Assembly: GCA_038131935.1 (NCBI GenBank)
Contig: JAYPQH010000018.1
Coordinates: 160,001-224,000, forward strand
Direction of reading: 5' to 3'
Origin: Alphaproteobacteria bacterium
Lineage (GTDB): Bacteria; Pseudomonadota; Alphaproteobacteria; UBA8317
Length of the DNA: 64,000 bases
Under the pieces are notes generated by a model. That model saw only the letters and a program-made list of their open reading frames with translations. It made no database searches and was not told where the DNA came from. Position numbers and translations under genes: made by a program. Positions 34,752 through 45,271 of the stretch are shown here, in pieces; position 1 is the stretch's first letter; each line of letters opens with the position of its first letter.

Positions 34752-35140
34752 TTGTCAGGGTTGGCGATTTCAATCAGGTTTCCTTCTGGGTCGCGCATAT
34801 AAATGGAACGAATGGCACCAGAGGCTCCATTACGAGGCACGGGGCCTAAAAAGACATCCACATGATGGGCTTGCAGATGTGCCATCCATGCATCCACTGG
34901 CTCATCTGACAAAAAACAAAAATCACCAGCACCTGGGATAGGTTGATGGGCATGAGGCTGAAACTCCTTGCCCTCAACATGGATGTTGATCTTGTGCGGT
35001 CCAAAATGCATGGCATGGCGCTCATCACCTTCTGTGGACACAAAATGCTCATGCCGCATTCCTAAAATTTTATAAAAATCAACAACTTTCTGCACGTCAC
35101 GCACGGTGATCACCACATGGTCAAGATGTCTTACCTGCAT
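34748..35140 (-). CDS. VOC/glyoxalase family protein
   Basis: LDHVVITV, KINIH, PGAGDFCF, GPVPRNGA, SIYMRDPEGNLIE. Confidence 0.9.
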   Translation of the reverse strand: MQVRHLDHVVITVRDVQKVVDFYKILGMRHEHFVSTEGDERHAMHFGPHKINIHVEGKEFQPHAHQPIPGAGDFCFLSDEPVDAWMAHLQAHHVDVFLGPVPRNGASGAIRSIYMRDPEGNLIEIANPDN

Positions 35141-36603
35141 TGTCCTTCTCCGATTTCCAATTGGGCGAGATCCACCAGAACCTCACGGTCTTTATGGGTG
35201 CGATAGCGCCGTTGCCATTGATCCTTGATCAGCCCGCCATGCTCGCCCAAAAATTCTTTCAAGGGAGCCAAACCATGCCGACCTGCGAAGATATAACATC
35301 CCTCTTCCTCCACAGAAAAGGGATAGGCCATCTCGTAATGGTTACCAGGATGGCCACGTGTCAGGGCACGAATTTGGGTGACCTCATGATCAAGACGGTA
35401 CACAAGCAATGACAACAATTTGCGGTCATGGCTCAGCAATTTATAATTTGGTTTTACAACATCCGCCATGTCAGCAGCCAAGGCATCTGCGAACCGAAAC
35501 CTTTTGGCTAGATCATAGCGGTCATCCCATTGGGTATGATGCTGCGCAACCAAAACTTGCGCAAATGGCAATCCCAAGGTCAAAAGGATCCCAAAAGCGC
35601 AAGAAATCTGCATCCAGACCCGACGATTTTGTTGCAAAAGGCTGATGGCCACCACCAGGGATGCTGCGACATAAACAGGTGCTGCCCAATTGGCATGGGC
35701 ACGTGACAACAAGCTTTGTATGACAATCACAAGCAACAAAGGCCACACCCAGACCAACAACAAGCGTATTTGAGGCAATCCTGCGCCAAAGCATGCCTTC
35801 CAGCTCGCCATCATCAGCGCCAGCATCAACAAGGGCCCAAAAATGCCAAATTGTGCGATCATAAATTCAAGCATATGGTCAGGATGAAACAAAGGTCCAT
35901 CAAGGGCTGCGTTCTCACCCACATGACGAAAAGAAGCAAAATCGTTTTGGGCATTCCAGTAAAGATTGGGGGCCATGACCAAGAAAGCCATGACCAAAAA
36001 CACCAATATACCAGGCCATATTTTAGGCCTTTGGACGGAGAACCACCAACTCAGCACCACCATAAGAAAAATCGAGAGGGCTGTGTATTTGCCCAACATC
36101 GCCAAACCACATCCCAGACCTGCCCAAAAAAACCCGATAATGGGGCGATGTTGGGCACGCACCACACCATATAATGCCAATGTCCAGCCCAACATCATGG
36201 GGGGATCGGTGCTTGCAATATTCGATGAATAGGCCACAGCCGGTAAGGTGAGGTACAAAAGGCCAGCCCATCGCCCCCCCGATACCCCCAAAAGCTCCGC
36301 AATGCGAACAAGCAAAAGGGCAATCAGCCCATGGATGACCACAATAAAAAAGCGCAACCCTAAGGGATTATGACCCCATATCCATTCCCCTAAGGCAATC
36401 AGCCAACCCAACAAGGGAGGTTTTGAATAGTGCCCGAATGCCGCTTCTTGTCCATAGGCCCAATATTGCCCCTCATCGGGCCCCACAGGAAATCCTGCAA
36501 AGGCAAGCCCCAAGAAACGGGCCATCAATAGTGCCGCAAAAAGGCCCCAAAACCATTGGGGTGCAAGATCTTGATTAGGATTGCTTGCGGTCATGATCCG
36601 CAT
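35131..36603 (-). CDS. GT39/ArnT-like (PMT_2) membrane glycosyltransferase
   Basis: DEGQYW, YSKPPLLGW, STDPP, LGKYT, PNLYWN, ANWAAP and many TM segments. Confidence 0.85.
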   Translation of the reverse strand: MRIMTASNPNQDLAPQWFWGLFAALLMARFLGLAFAGFPVGPDEGQYWAYGQEAAFGHYSKPPLLGWLIALGEWIWGHNPLGLRFFIVVIHGLIALLLVRIAELLGVSGGRWAGLLYLTLPAVAYSSNIASTDPPMMLGWTLALYGVVRAQHRPIIGFFWAGLGCGLAMLGKYTALSIFLMVVLSWWFSVQRPKIWPGILVFLVMAFLVMAPNLYWNAQNDFASFRHVGENAALDGPLFHPDHMLEFMIAQFGIFGPLLMLALMMASWKACFGAGLPQIRLLLVWVWPLLLVIVIQSLLSRAHANWAAPVYVAASLVVAISLLQQNRRVWMQISCAFGILLTLGLPFAQVLVAQHHTQWDDRYDLAKRFRFADALAADMADVVKPNYKLLSHDRKLLSLLVYRLDHEVTQIRALTRGHPGNHYEMAYPFSVEEEGCYIFAGRHGLAPLKEFLGEHGGLIKDQWQRRYRTHKDREVLVDLAQLEIGEGQCR

Positions 36604-36939
36604 GATCCTCTTGGTTGTCCCCTACGGGTGTTTCGGCCATCAGGTCATGCTTTTTACGCCGGTAAATCAACATCAAATTCCGAAAATAGATCACAAAGCC
36701 CAAGGATTGCCCGGCAATCACCACAGGATCTCGGGTGTAGACCACAGCATAGGTTAACAAACCTGCAGCCCCCACAATCGAAAAGTACCAAAAGGCTACA
36801 GGGATGATGGAGCGCCCTGCCCGCTCAGATGCCACCCATTGCACCGCAAAGCGCATAAAAACGCTGCTTGAGCCGCGAAGCCAAAGATCACCCAAGGCTC
36901 GTCGAGCTTATCAATCAATTCATAAAAAATATCACTCAT
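36575..36939 (-). CDS. Lipid-A-disaccharide synthase N-terminal (LAB_N) domain membrane protein; one T missing at ~36,857-36,861
   Basis: MSDIFYELIDKLDEPWVIFGFAAQAAF joined to FMRFAVQWVASERAGRSIIPVAFWYFS...DPV...GQ...YFRNL. ATGA overlap with the upstream GT2 gene. Confidence 0.88.
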
Positions 36940-37739
36940 AGGCTTTTGCCCAAGTCTTTCTCAGTAATGTTTGCTGTTCCTCTGCGTCGGGTGAGCAACC
37001 AAACCATTCCAGCCATGTCAAAAAGAGAGACCAACAAGCGATCCAGCGTACCATATTTGGATCGCCCATGTTGGCGTGGACGATGGGAAACGTTTCGGTA
37101 GGCCACCTCAAAACCCTCCCGCAACATCAATGCGGGCAAAAACCGATGCTGATGATCAAAAAATGGCAAGGCCAAATACGCCTCCCGACGAAACGCTTTG
37201 AGTCCGCAGCCAGTATCCCGGCATCCATCTTGTAACAAAGCGGCACGCAGTTTGTTGGCAAAAGCTGATGACCAGGTTTTGATCCATTGATCCTGGCGAC
37301 CCACCCGTTGGCCTGCCACCATACCAACCCATCGCCCTCGGGGTGCTGTCTCCAAATCTACCACCAATCTTGGAATATCTGCAGGGTTGTTTTGACCGTC
37401 ACCATCCAACGTAACCATGATATGCCCATAAGCTGCATGAACCCCTGTGCGGATGGCGGCTGATTGACCACAGGCTGTTGCATGTTGGATCAACCTTACA
37501 TGGCCTTGGGCTGCGCGGCTCGTGACTTCTTGGGCGGTTGCATCTGTGGACCCATCATCCACGACAATGACCTCCATGTCGCGCCCCTCAAGGGCTGCCA
37601 ATATTTCGTCGATCAAGGGGCCGATATTGCCTTGCTCATTATGGGCCGGAATGACCACCGAGATATGCCGTGTCTCACCGTCTGATACTAAAGGCAAAAA
37701 AGAGGGGGTAATAGGAGTTTTTCTCGGTTTGGCTGTCAT
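36936..37739 (-). CDS. GT2 polyprenyl-phosphate glycosyltransferase (ArnC/RgtE/DPM1-like)
   Basis: SVVIPAHNE, VDDGSTD, GQSAA, LDGDGQNNP, DTGCGLKAF, HRFLPAL, SKYG. Confidence 0.9.
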   Translation of the reverse strand: MTAKPRKTPITPSFLPLVSDGETRHISVVIPAHNEQGNIGPLIDEILAALEGRDMEVIVVDDGSTDATAQEVTSRAAQGHVRLIQHATACGQSAAIRTGVHAAYGHIMVTLDGDGQNNPADIPRLVVDLETAPRGRWVGMVAGQRVGRQDQWIKTWSSAFANKLRAALLQDGCRDTGCGLKAFRREAYLALPFFDHQHRFLPALMLREGFEVAYRNVSHRPRQHGRSKYGTLDRLLVSLFDMAGMVWLLTRRRGTANITEKDLGKSL

Positions 37740-37946
37740 TCTTCACCTTTTTGTCCAAATCGACCGATTGGGTTGGTCGCCGATATTTGAAGCTCTCCTA
37801 TCACATGTTTGTCCATCAGGCACCAGTCCTGACAATTCTTTGAGAAGGGATGCCCTTAACAAACATCTGGCCAAAGCGATCACACCGCAAGAAGATCTTC
37901 TGTTGGAATCTTTGTCTTCCAGCTGGAATGCTTAGCCTTGGACATC

Positions 37947-39551
37947 TTAACGGACACACCAAGCTTGCAGATGGACCTTTTTGCCTCCGTTGAGGTTCAA
38001 ACCTTTGATCACGGTACCATCCAATAGCTGCATATTGTTTGTGGCCATGAAGCCTTGGGGTAGGTTTTCCATATTCACGAATGCCAAACCTTTAAATTGA
38101 GAGAGTTCTTGCATGGAGAGTTTGGCTGTATCGGTTCCCAAAAGGAATATGGCACTGGGTTCATAATAGCCCATCAGGCCTACAGGCCCGGGGCAAAATA
38201 ATGACATGTCCTCGCGGGCCTCAGCTATCTGTGGCGCCAACCATAAAGGGTCCAAGCGTGGTCCCCATAAATGCAGCACGCAAGCTTGAACCAACCAAGA
38301 TAAGCCCAACAACATGATGACCGCTCGACTTTTGAGATGGCGCATCATGATAAAACTTACCACCCCCAGCAAGATAACCAAAACCGAGACAGTCATCAGC
38401 GGCCAAAGAGGGTCAAGAGCCCAAACCATGGTCGCCCCAAGCATGCTGGCACCTATCACAACAGGAGGCAGCGCTACGATAAGGCGTGGCCCCAAGCCCG
38501 CCAAGCTAGGGCTCAACCTTCCCGATACCGCAGCAAGGGCCAATGCCAAGGCGGGATAGGCGGGCAATGTGTAATGGGGCAATTTGGTCGCCACGAGTTC
38601 AAAAACCAAAAACACAGACAAAAACCATGCCACGCAAAAAGGCGCAAAGGGTTCATGGCGCCAAACCTGAAACCGCCTTATCAGGCTTGGTACAAAAGCG
38701 GTCATTGGCCAGGCCAGAAGACCAAGAGCCAGGATATGCACACCAGGTGGTGCCCCATGACGCTCGGCGGCTTGCGCAATTTTTCCACCCAAATCTTTGC
38801 CAAGGCTTTCGGCAAAAAACGCCCCACCTGTTTTGATGGTGATGGCCATGTACCAAGGTGCGCTCAGGCCCAAACAAACCAATGGTCCCCACCATACCCA
38901 TAAAGGCTTTAACCAACGAAGCTCCCCACGGTAGAGACTCAGCAACAAAATGGTTCCCACCACAGGGATAAAAATCACAGGCCCCTTCGTCAGAAGCCCC
39001 AACCCAAGACCTGCGTAGAACAAAAAGCGATAGGGCTTTTGCCTGACCCAAATTTGCGCCACGGCCAACATGGACATGAGAATGCTAAGCAATAAAAGGC
39101 TGTCAGATTTGGCCAACCGAGCCTCAACCCCCACCAACAAAAAGGACGCCAACATAAGCCCTGCCATCAAACCGGCACGTGGGCCTGCGAGGACCGCCCC
39201 CATTTTGGCGGTCAGCAACAAACTGATGACCATAAAGAGCCATGAAGGTGCGCGGTAGGCCCCTATCTCATCCATCAGGTCATCACCCAACATCCCCACC
39301 ATTGCGGCTTGGGCCCAATAGGTGGCCACAGGCTTTTTATGCCGCGGCTCTTGTTGGAAACGGATATCGACAACATCACCGGTTTCGAGCATTTGCTTAC
39401 TGGCTTGGGCAAAACGTGGTTCATCACGATCAATGGGCGGCATCACCCAGATCCCTGGCAAGAACATCAACGTCCCCACCAAGACCAACATGAGGATACG
39501 CCTCCATCCCAGAGACGATCCAACATCATGGTGAAGACCTGGATGCGGCAT
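37947..39551 (-). CDS. GT39/ArnT-like membrane glycosyltransferase
   Basis: PPIDRDEPRFAQASKQMLE, RHKKP, EARLAKSD, LTKGPV, TKLPHYTLPAYP, YYEPSAIFL. Confidence 0.88.
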   Translation of the reverse strand: MPHPGLHHDVGSSLGWRRILMLVLVGTLMFLPGIWVMPPIDRDEPRFAQASKQMLETGDVVDIRFQQEPRHKKPVATYWAQAAMVGMLGDDLMDEIGAYRAPSWLFMVISLLLTAKMGAVLAGPRAGLMAGLMLASFLLVGVEARLAKSDSLLLLSILMSMLAVAQIWVRQKPYRFLFYAGLGLGLLTKGPVIFIPVVGTILLLSLYRGELRWLKPLWVWWGPLVCLGLSAPWYMAITIKTGGAFFAESLGKDLGGKIAQAAERHGAPPGVHILALGLLAWPMTAFVPSLIRRFQVWRHEPFAPFCVAWFLSVFLVFELVATKLPHYTLPAYPALALALAAVSGRLSPSLAGLGPRLIVALPPVVIGASMLGATMVWALDPLWPLMTVSVLVILLGVVSFIMMRHLKSRAVIMLLGLSWLVQACVLHLWGPRLDPLWLAPQIAEAREDMSLFCPGPVGLMGYYEPSAIFLLGTDTAKLSMQELSQFKGLAFVNMENLPQGFMATNNMQLLDGTVIKGLNLNGGKKVHLQAWCVR

Positions 39552-39825
39552 GGCAAAACCTTCTTTCTTCCAAAATCCTGTTCCAGAAAGGGAAGAAAAC
39601 AGGACTTGATCATCAACGCTTACCTCCATGCCACCAGAGGCTTTGTTTTGGCAAATCCTAAAAGGATGCCTTAGATAGGTAAAACAAACCGCAGGCTTAA
39701 GAGCCTCTCAGCAAATCACTTGGGGTATCTTTTTTGAACATCCCATTTTACCAACGCGTTTGAACGTGAAAGCTAATCTTTAAAAAAACCTTCTACCAAG
39801 GTGAGAAGAAGGCTTGAGTACCCAT

Positions 39826-39908
39826 GTCTTTTGCCGCGCCTTTTGCCCTGGTCTTTTGCCGCGCCTTTTGACCATCCCTCATTGACTGGGCCTTATTGAC
39901 TGGGCCTT
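39826..39908. repeat. Two adjacent short direct repeats in the spacer upstream of the GT39 cassette
   Basis: GTCTTTTGCCGCGCCTTTTG x2 (39826, 39851; internal CTTTTG every 12-13 nt) and ATTGACTGGGCCTT x2 (39881, 39895). Confidence 0.85.
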
Positions 39909-40136
39909 TTGCACCTATTTGATGATGTGGGGTGAACTCTTCACCCAAGAAAGCCAAAAGGTGATGTGTCATCATAGATTGCTGATACTAACATGAAGAA
40001 AAATCAATCAATTTTCCTTTTGCACGAGGTCAAGTCTTGATAAAATCATTATCCAAGAGGATAACCTTGAGGGACTGGCATCGGCGAACAAAATACCCCA
40101 TAGTTTGCCACGTTGGGAAACATGAATGAGGATGAC

Positions 40137-41015
40137 ATGATGGAAATCAAGACAATTGGTGTGGTTGGCGCAGGTCAAATGGGCAACGGGATTGCGCATG
40201 TATGTGCCATCTCAGGTTATCAAGTGATACTCAATGATATTGATCAAGAACGCCTCGATGCGGCCCAACATACCATTTTGAAAAATCTTGAACGTCAGGA
40301 GCGTCGGGGGCAAATAGGACCTGATCAAGCGCAAATGGCCATGGCCCGTATTGAGCGCAGCACCGCCATAGACGCCTTGAAGCCATGTGATTTGGTCATT
40401 GAATCCGCAACAGAAAATGAAGCGCTGAAAACAAAAATTTTCTCAAGCATTTGTGAGGTCATCCAAGACCATACATTGTTGGCCTCCAACACCTCTTCTT
40501 TATCCATCACACGTCTTGCCTCCCGGACAGATCGCCCAGAACGTTTTATGGGCTTGCACTTCATGAACCCTGTACCTGTCATGAAATTGGTGGAATTGAT
40601 CCGTGGTATTGCCACGGATGAAACCACCTTTGAGATCATGAAGGATTTGGTCTCCAAACTGGATAAGACAGCGGCTGTTGCCGAAGATTTCCCGGCCTTT
40701 ATCGTGAACCGTATTTTGCTGCCCATGATCAATGAAGCCATTTATACCTTGTATGAGGGCGTGGGTTCTGTAGAATCTATTGATACCGCCATGAAATTAG
40801 GGGCCAATCATCCCATGGGCCCCCTACAATTGGCAGACTTTATTGGGCTAGATACCTGTTTGTCCGTGATGCATGTGCTTCATGAGGGTTTGGCAGATAC
40901 CAAATACCGCCCTTGTCCCTTACTTGTAAAATATGTTGATGCAGGTTGGTACGGACGCAAGTCAGGCCGCGGCTTTTATGATTACCGCGGTGAGAGCCCC
41001 GTACCCACACGCTAA
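40137..41015 (+). CDS. hbd: 3-hydroxybutyryl-CoA dehydrogenase
   Basis: GVVGAGQMGNGIA, SNTSS, HFMNPVP, FIVNRIL, HPMGPLQLADFIGLD. Confidence 0.95.
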   Translation: MMEIKTIGVVGAGQMGNGIAHVCAISGYQVILNDIDQERLDAAQHTILKNLERQERRGQIGPDQAQMAMARIERSTAIDALKPCDLVIESATENEALKTKIFSSICEVIQDHTLLASNTSSLSITRLASRTDRPERFMGLHFMNPVPVMKLVELIRGIATDETTFEIMKDLVSKLDKTAAVAEDFPAFIVNRILLPMINEAIYTLYEGVGSVESIDTAMKLGANHPMGPLQLADFIGLDTCLSVMHVLHEGLADTKYRPCPLLVKYVDAGWYGRKSGRGFYDYRGESPVPTR

Positions 41016-41060
41016 CCACGAAAAAAACGGTTCCATAACAAAGCTGCCAAAAGGGCCAAC

Positions 41061-42101
41061 ATGCGGATATTGTTTGATGTGACAGCCCATGGTTTTGGTC
41101 ATTTGGCCATCTGTGCGGCCGTGATCAAAGCCATTTGGCATCAATTCCCCAACATCCAAATCATGTTGGGTTATGACCTTAAGAAAAAGGCAGACCTTGA
41201 TCATTTCTTTGATGGGGATGAACAAATGCTCCTGCGTCATGTGGAAGGCCCCTTTGACCTTGGCATACCCATGCATGGGGCCTTTGGCGTCGATCATCAA
41301 AGGACCAAACAGGTCTATGATGAGGCCCTTGGTCAAATGGCATCGCATTTGGACGATGAACGCCGCAGGCTAACGCGCCTGAAACCAGATCTCTTGGTCG
41401 CAAGTATTTCTCCATGGTCCCTTGCCGCAGGACATTCCCTATCGATTCCCACGGTTGCATTTTCCTCCGTTGAATGGTCCCAGCAACTTCAAACCATGGG
41501 GTTGGCATCTCAGGCCTCAGAACTCCGCAATCTTTATGCCCATGCAGATTTTATGGTGGGCACCACACCTCATGCATGCCCAACCGATATCACCCAAATG
41601 AAGACAATTCCTCCGATTGGACGAAAAAGCGAGGCAAACCATCATCAAATTAGGAGCCAATTGGGCGTGCAAAAACCATTGGCGGTTTTGGTAACTTTTG
41701 GTGGATGGGAGGGATCAGATCCTGAAAGTTGGAAGCTTTGTAAAGATGCACCCATTGAATTGTTTACACCACGCATGCTCAGGGCATCTGGGGTAAGTTT
41801 TCTTGGGGGTTTGGCCGCCATGGATGCGGTGGTAACCAAACCAGGCTATGGCACCTATGTGGAAGCCTTAATCCATGGGAAACCCATCATCAGCATGCCT
41901 CGGCATGATTGGTGGGAAGCACAATGTCTTGATGCTTTTGCCCAAGCCCATCAGGGTTTGATAAAATTTGAACCACGCTTTTTGGAAGAACCCCATGCCT
42001 TGGCAGACGCCATAAGCGCAACAAACCCTACGCCTATAAAGGCTGAGGGCGACAACGTCATGGCCAATTGGCTGCACGAGGTGATCATGGCGCGTACTTA
42101 A
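41061..42101 (+). CDS. Uncharacterised GT-B-fold (glycosyltransferase-like) protein
   Basis: N-terminal TAHGFGH, central TFGG, C-terminal DAVVTKPGYGTYVEA...KPII. Confidence 0.6.
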   Translation: MRILFDVTAHGFGHLAICAAVIKAIWHQFPNIQIMLGYDLKKKADLDHFFDGDEQMLLRHVEGPFDLGIPMHGAFGVDHQRTKQVYDEALGQMASHLDDERRRLTRLKPDLLVASISPWSLAAGHSLSIPTVAFSSVEWSQQLQTMGLASQASELRNLYAHADFMVGTTPHACPTDITQMKTIPPIGRKSEANHHQIRSQLGVQKPLAVLVTFGGWEGSDPESWKLCKDAPIELFTPRMLRASGVSFLGGLAAMDAVVTKPGYGTYVEALIHGKPIISMPRHDWWEAQCLDAFAQAHQGLIKFEPRFLEEPHALADAISATNPTPIKAEGDNVMANWLHEVIMART

Positions 42102-43324
42102 CGGGCCCCCCGGCCAGATAACATAACGATGATGGTTTTCATGACGACGACCAAGTCCAACCAGATGGTCAAATTTTTGATATAATAAAGATCATAACGG
42201 ACCTTTTCGGTGACCGCTTCCACACCTGCTGCATAGCCTTGGTTTACCTGTGCCCAACCAGAAATTCCTGGTCTGACCATGTGACGGATTCGAAACAATG
42301 GCACATCACGGCAATACCATTTGGCAAGCGTCATGGATTCTGGACGTGGCCCAATAAAACTCATGTCCCCGCGCAAGATATTGAGCAATTGTGGCAATTC
42401 ATCCAGGCGTGTTTTGCGCAAAAAGCGCCCCACTTTTGTGATCCTTTGCTCATCTGCATGCTCCGTGAAACCTTTGCCTTCATGAGATACGGACATTGAC
42501 CGGAATTTAAACATCCAAAAGGCTTTGCCACGGTATCCCATTCTTTGCTGCACAAAGAGAATAGGTCCTGGAGAATCCAACCGAATGGCCAATGCGATCC
42601 AAGGTGCAAGCAGAAGTGCGGGAACACCTAGAAGAAGCGAAAAAAGCAAATCAAAACCTCGTTTGACATGCAAATACCCCCAACCACGATCAAGGGAGAT
42701 ATTGCGCAATGTCGGGATTTTGGTAACCGGTATTTTGCCCTCAAGATCTTCCAACAATTCCGTTAAGCCCACATAGGGCAGCTGGGTGGACAACATCGCA
42801 CGTTGCAACTCGAGCCCTTTATCTGTGGAAAACTCTGAGAAACGCCCCACCACAGCATCGGGTTTGACCTTGAGTGCGCGCAATTGCTGCCAATGATCGA
42901 TTGTCTCTACATCACAAAAAGGCTCCAAATGAGATACCAATCCAGGGTCTAACACCGCCACCTTAAGCCTTGGGGAGTCAATCCGAGCGAGCAAGAGCAT
43001 CATGCCTACACCAAAAAAGATCACCGACAAGGCAACCTGACCAACATCATAGGGCCAGCGGACCAACAACACGAAGATCAACGCCAGGACAAGAATACTT
43101 ACATAAATGGCCGGAAAAATCGTCTCGAGATGAATGGTAGGAAGCCTACGCATACGACTGAGCAGCACGAGTGTGCTGAAACCACTGACAAGATGAACCA
43201 AGGCCACCGCCATCGAGGCGTCATCCTGCGGGGGTAACCCCGAGGGTGAGGCACCCAACAAAGCGAAAGGCAGGGATGTGCTCAGCAGAAGAACCAACAG
43301 AGAGAGGAAACGAAGATGACTCAT
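42098..43324 (-). CDS. Priming undecaprenyl-phosphate sugar phosphotransferase (WcaJ/WbaP family)
   Basis: N-terminal TM segments; KRGFD, DSPGP, KFRSM, RITKVGRFLRKTRLDELPQL, GDMSFIGPRP, PGISGWAQV, YDLYY. Confidence 0.92.
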   Translation of the reverse strand: MSHLRFLSLLVLLLSTSLPFALLGASPSGLPPQDDASMAVALVHLVSGFSTLVLLSRMRRLPTIHLETIFPAIYVSILVLALIFVLLVRWPYDVGQVALSVIFFGVGMMLLLARIDSPRLKVAVLDPGLVSHLEPFCDVETIDHWQQLRALKVKPDAVVGRFSEFSTDKGLELQRAMLSTQLPYVGLTELLEDLEGKIPVTKIPTLRNISLDRGWGYLHVKRGFDLLFSLLLGVPALLLAPWIALAIRLDSPGPILFVQQRMGYRGKAFWMFKFRSMSVSHEGKGFTEHADEQRITKVGRFLRKTRLDELPQLLNILRGDMSFIGPRPESMTLAKWYCRDVPLFRIRHMVRPGISGWAQVNQGYAAGVEAVTEKVRYDLYYIKNLTIWLDLVVVMKTIIVMLSGRGAR

Positions 43325-43527
43325 ACCGATTGTTTCGCTGTCTTCCGAGATACCATAAAATAAAGAGACAAGATTGATCGCAAAAAGAACCAATGCACCT
43401 CACCAAACCATAGCCATATGGGATTAGCCAGACAATGTCCATGAGCCGTTGGGTGAACAGCCTCAAAGCTTCACATGTTTCATAAAAATCCTTGGCAGCT
43501 TTTGCGGAACGCAGTACAGCATCCATT

Positions 43528-44130
43528 ATGTTCATGGATCTTCTTACCTTATGGCTGTTTATTCTTGCGACCTTGGCCACACCGGGCCCAGGAAACTTGC
43601 TGACCATGCAATTTGGCGTGGTGCTTGGGGTACGCAAGGCCATGATGTTTGTCTTGGGCACAACGACCACCTATAGCCTTGTTTCTTTTGTTGTGGGGGC
43701 AGGTTTGCCCTTGTTTTTTGAAGATCATGGTGCGTATTTGCCCATCATGAAATTCGTCTCCGCCGCGGTCATGCTGGCGCTGCTTGCACAAGGCTATTGG
43801 GCCAGCCAATCAAACCCCACAGGTGACATGCCGCGTTTCCGTTTGACACCTGCTATGTTGTTGATCCAAGGCCTCATGGTTCCACCTTTAAACCCTAAGG
43901 CCTGGGCGATCTTGGTATTATGCTGGGCTGAATTTGGAACGCTTTATGATACAGCTTGGAAAAATCAGCTTTTTATCACGGGAAACATGCTGATTGCCAA
44001 TGTGGTGATACAGTTTCATTATGCATCATTAGGTTCTTATTTGGGAAAAAAAGCAGCCTTTGGACCCAAAGTACAATTGGGGATGACTGTGGCTACGGCA
44101 CTTGCCATCATCATTCTGGTGCTGATGTAA
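43528..44130 (+). CDS. LysE family translocator
   Basis: TPGPGN and LNPKAW motifs, with ~6 TM segments. Confidence 0.85.
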   Translation: MFMDLLTLWLFILATLATPGPGNLLTMQFGVVLGVRKAMMFVLGTTTTYSLVSFVVGAGLPLFFEDHGAYLPIMKFVSAAVMLALLAQGYWASQSNPTGDMPRFRLTPAMLLIQGLMVPPLNPKAWAILVLCWAEFGTLYDTAWKNQLFITGNMLIANVVIQFHYASLGSYLGKKAAFGPKVQLGMTVATALAIIILVLM

Positions 44131-44244
44131 TAGAACAAATTCAAGGGGCCTATAGATGATCTTTGAGACTGACGATGAGATAATCTGTTCCCCAACAGCA
44201 TTTTTTGAATGTTTTGCCACGAATGACAATATGAAGGACAACTT

Positions 44245-45104
44245 GTGAATTACAACCATCACTACCATGCGGGAAACTTTGCCGACTGCCTCAAACATGT
44301 CATTCTTTTTGCGGTACTTGCGTATTTTCGGGAGCGCAATAAGCCCTTTTTGGCGGTTGATGCCTTCGCAGGCGCGGGTCTTTATGATCTGGCAAGTCTG
44401 GAACCTCAAAAAACAGGCGAAAAGGATGAAGGGATTTCATGCTGGTTCAAAAATCCACCCCAATCCGCATTGGTACGAGGGTTTTTCCAGCGCTTTCATC
44501 AATTATCGGGATCGGGCAAAGAGGTTTCTTTTTTACCCTGGATCGCCCATGTATTTTACCCATGGGCAAACCGCTGGCGAACGTTGCCTTTTGATGGAAA
44601 CCCATCCGGACACCTCCATCAGGTTGCACAACAGGCTTCCATCTACAAGCGTCTTGGGATGTCATTGAACAAGATGGGTATGCCACCACGCTCTCACGGC
44701 TTCCTGCCCCAGAAAAACGTGCCCTTCTGCTGATGGACCCGCCTTTTGAAAAGCCAGATGAGTTTCGTGCGCTCACGAAATTTACCTCGCACGCGCTCAA
44801 AAGGCAGGCCAATGCCACCGTGATTGTGTGGTACCCCATCAAAGACATCCCATCCAGCATGGCACTAGAGGAGACCGCCCGGGTTGAAGCCACAGAGAGC
44901 CTCATCGTCCATCTTGATATTGGTGAAGGACGAGGACTCCGTCGCTGCGGGGTGGTTGTCACCAACCCTCCTTTCACCTTGTTTGAGAACCTTGCCCAGT
45001 CCCGTGCTGATTTTGCCCATTTGGGCCGTGGGAAAGGATGCTTGAGCTTGAGCCTTTATGCCAAAACAGATGATGATCGGATGTCATTGCTTTTAAAAGC
45101 GTAA
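44245..45104 (+). CDS. rlmJ: 23S rRNA m6A2030 methyltransferase RlmJ (multiple indels)
   Basis: NYNHHYHAGNFADCLKH, DAFAGAGLY, YPGSP (alternate frame), DPPFE, WYPIK, NPPF. Confidence 0.9.
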
Positions 45105-45271
45105 CCTCACAATGCAATCAGATGGATGTTTTAAGAGCAATCGGCGGGATCCAAAACCAATGGGCCCCTTGGCAAACTTAAAAAGAATGCTTTGTCTTGT
45201 TTGCATGCAATGGGAAGGGTACATGCTGTTTGATGATTTAACCCCACATAGCTCCATGTTGAGGAACGGGC

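Noticed and set aside
34711-34760. tRNA-like start (GTCGGTAGCTCAGCTG)
   Set aside because: No anticodon arm, TTC-containing T-arm or acceptor-stem complement follows. The pattern is explained by the 12-bp TCAG repeat.
36855-36862. Phase-variable homopolymer switch in LAB_N (and similarly in ydcF, secA)
   Set aside because: The tracts are only 4-5 nt, too short for typical contingency loci, and the same pattern hits essential secA.
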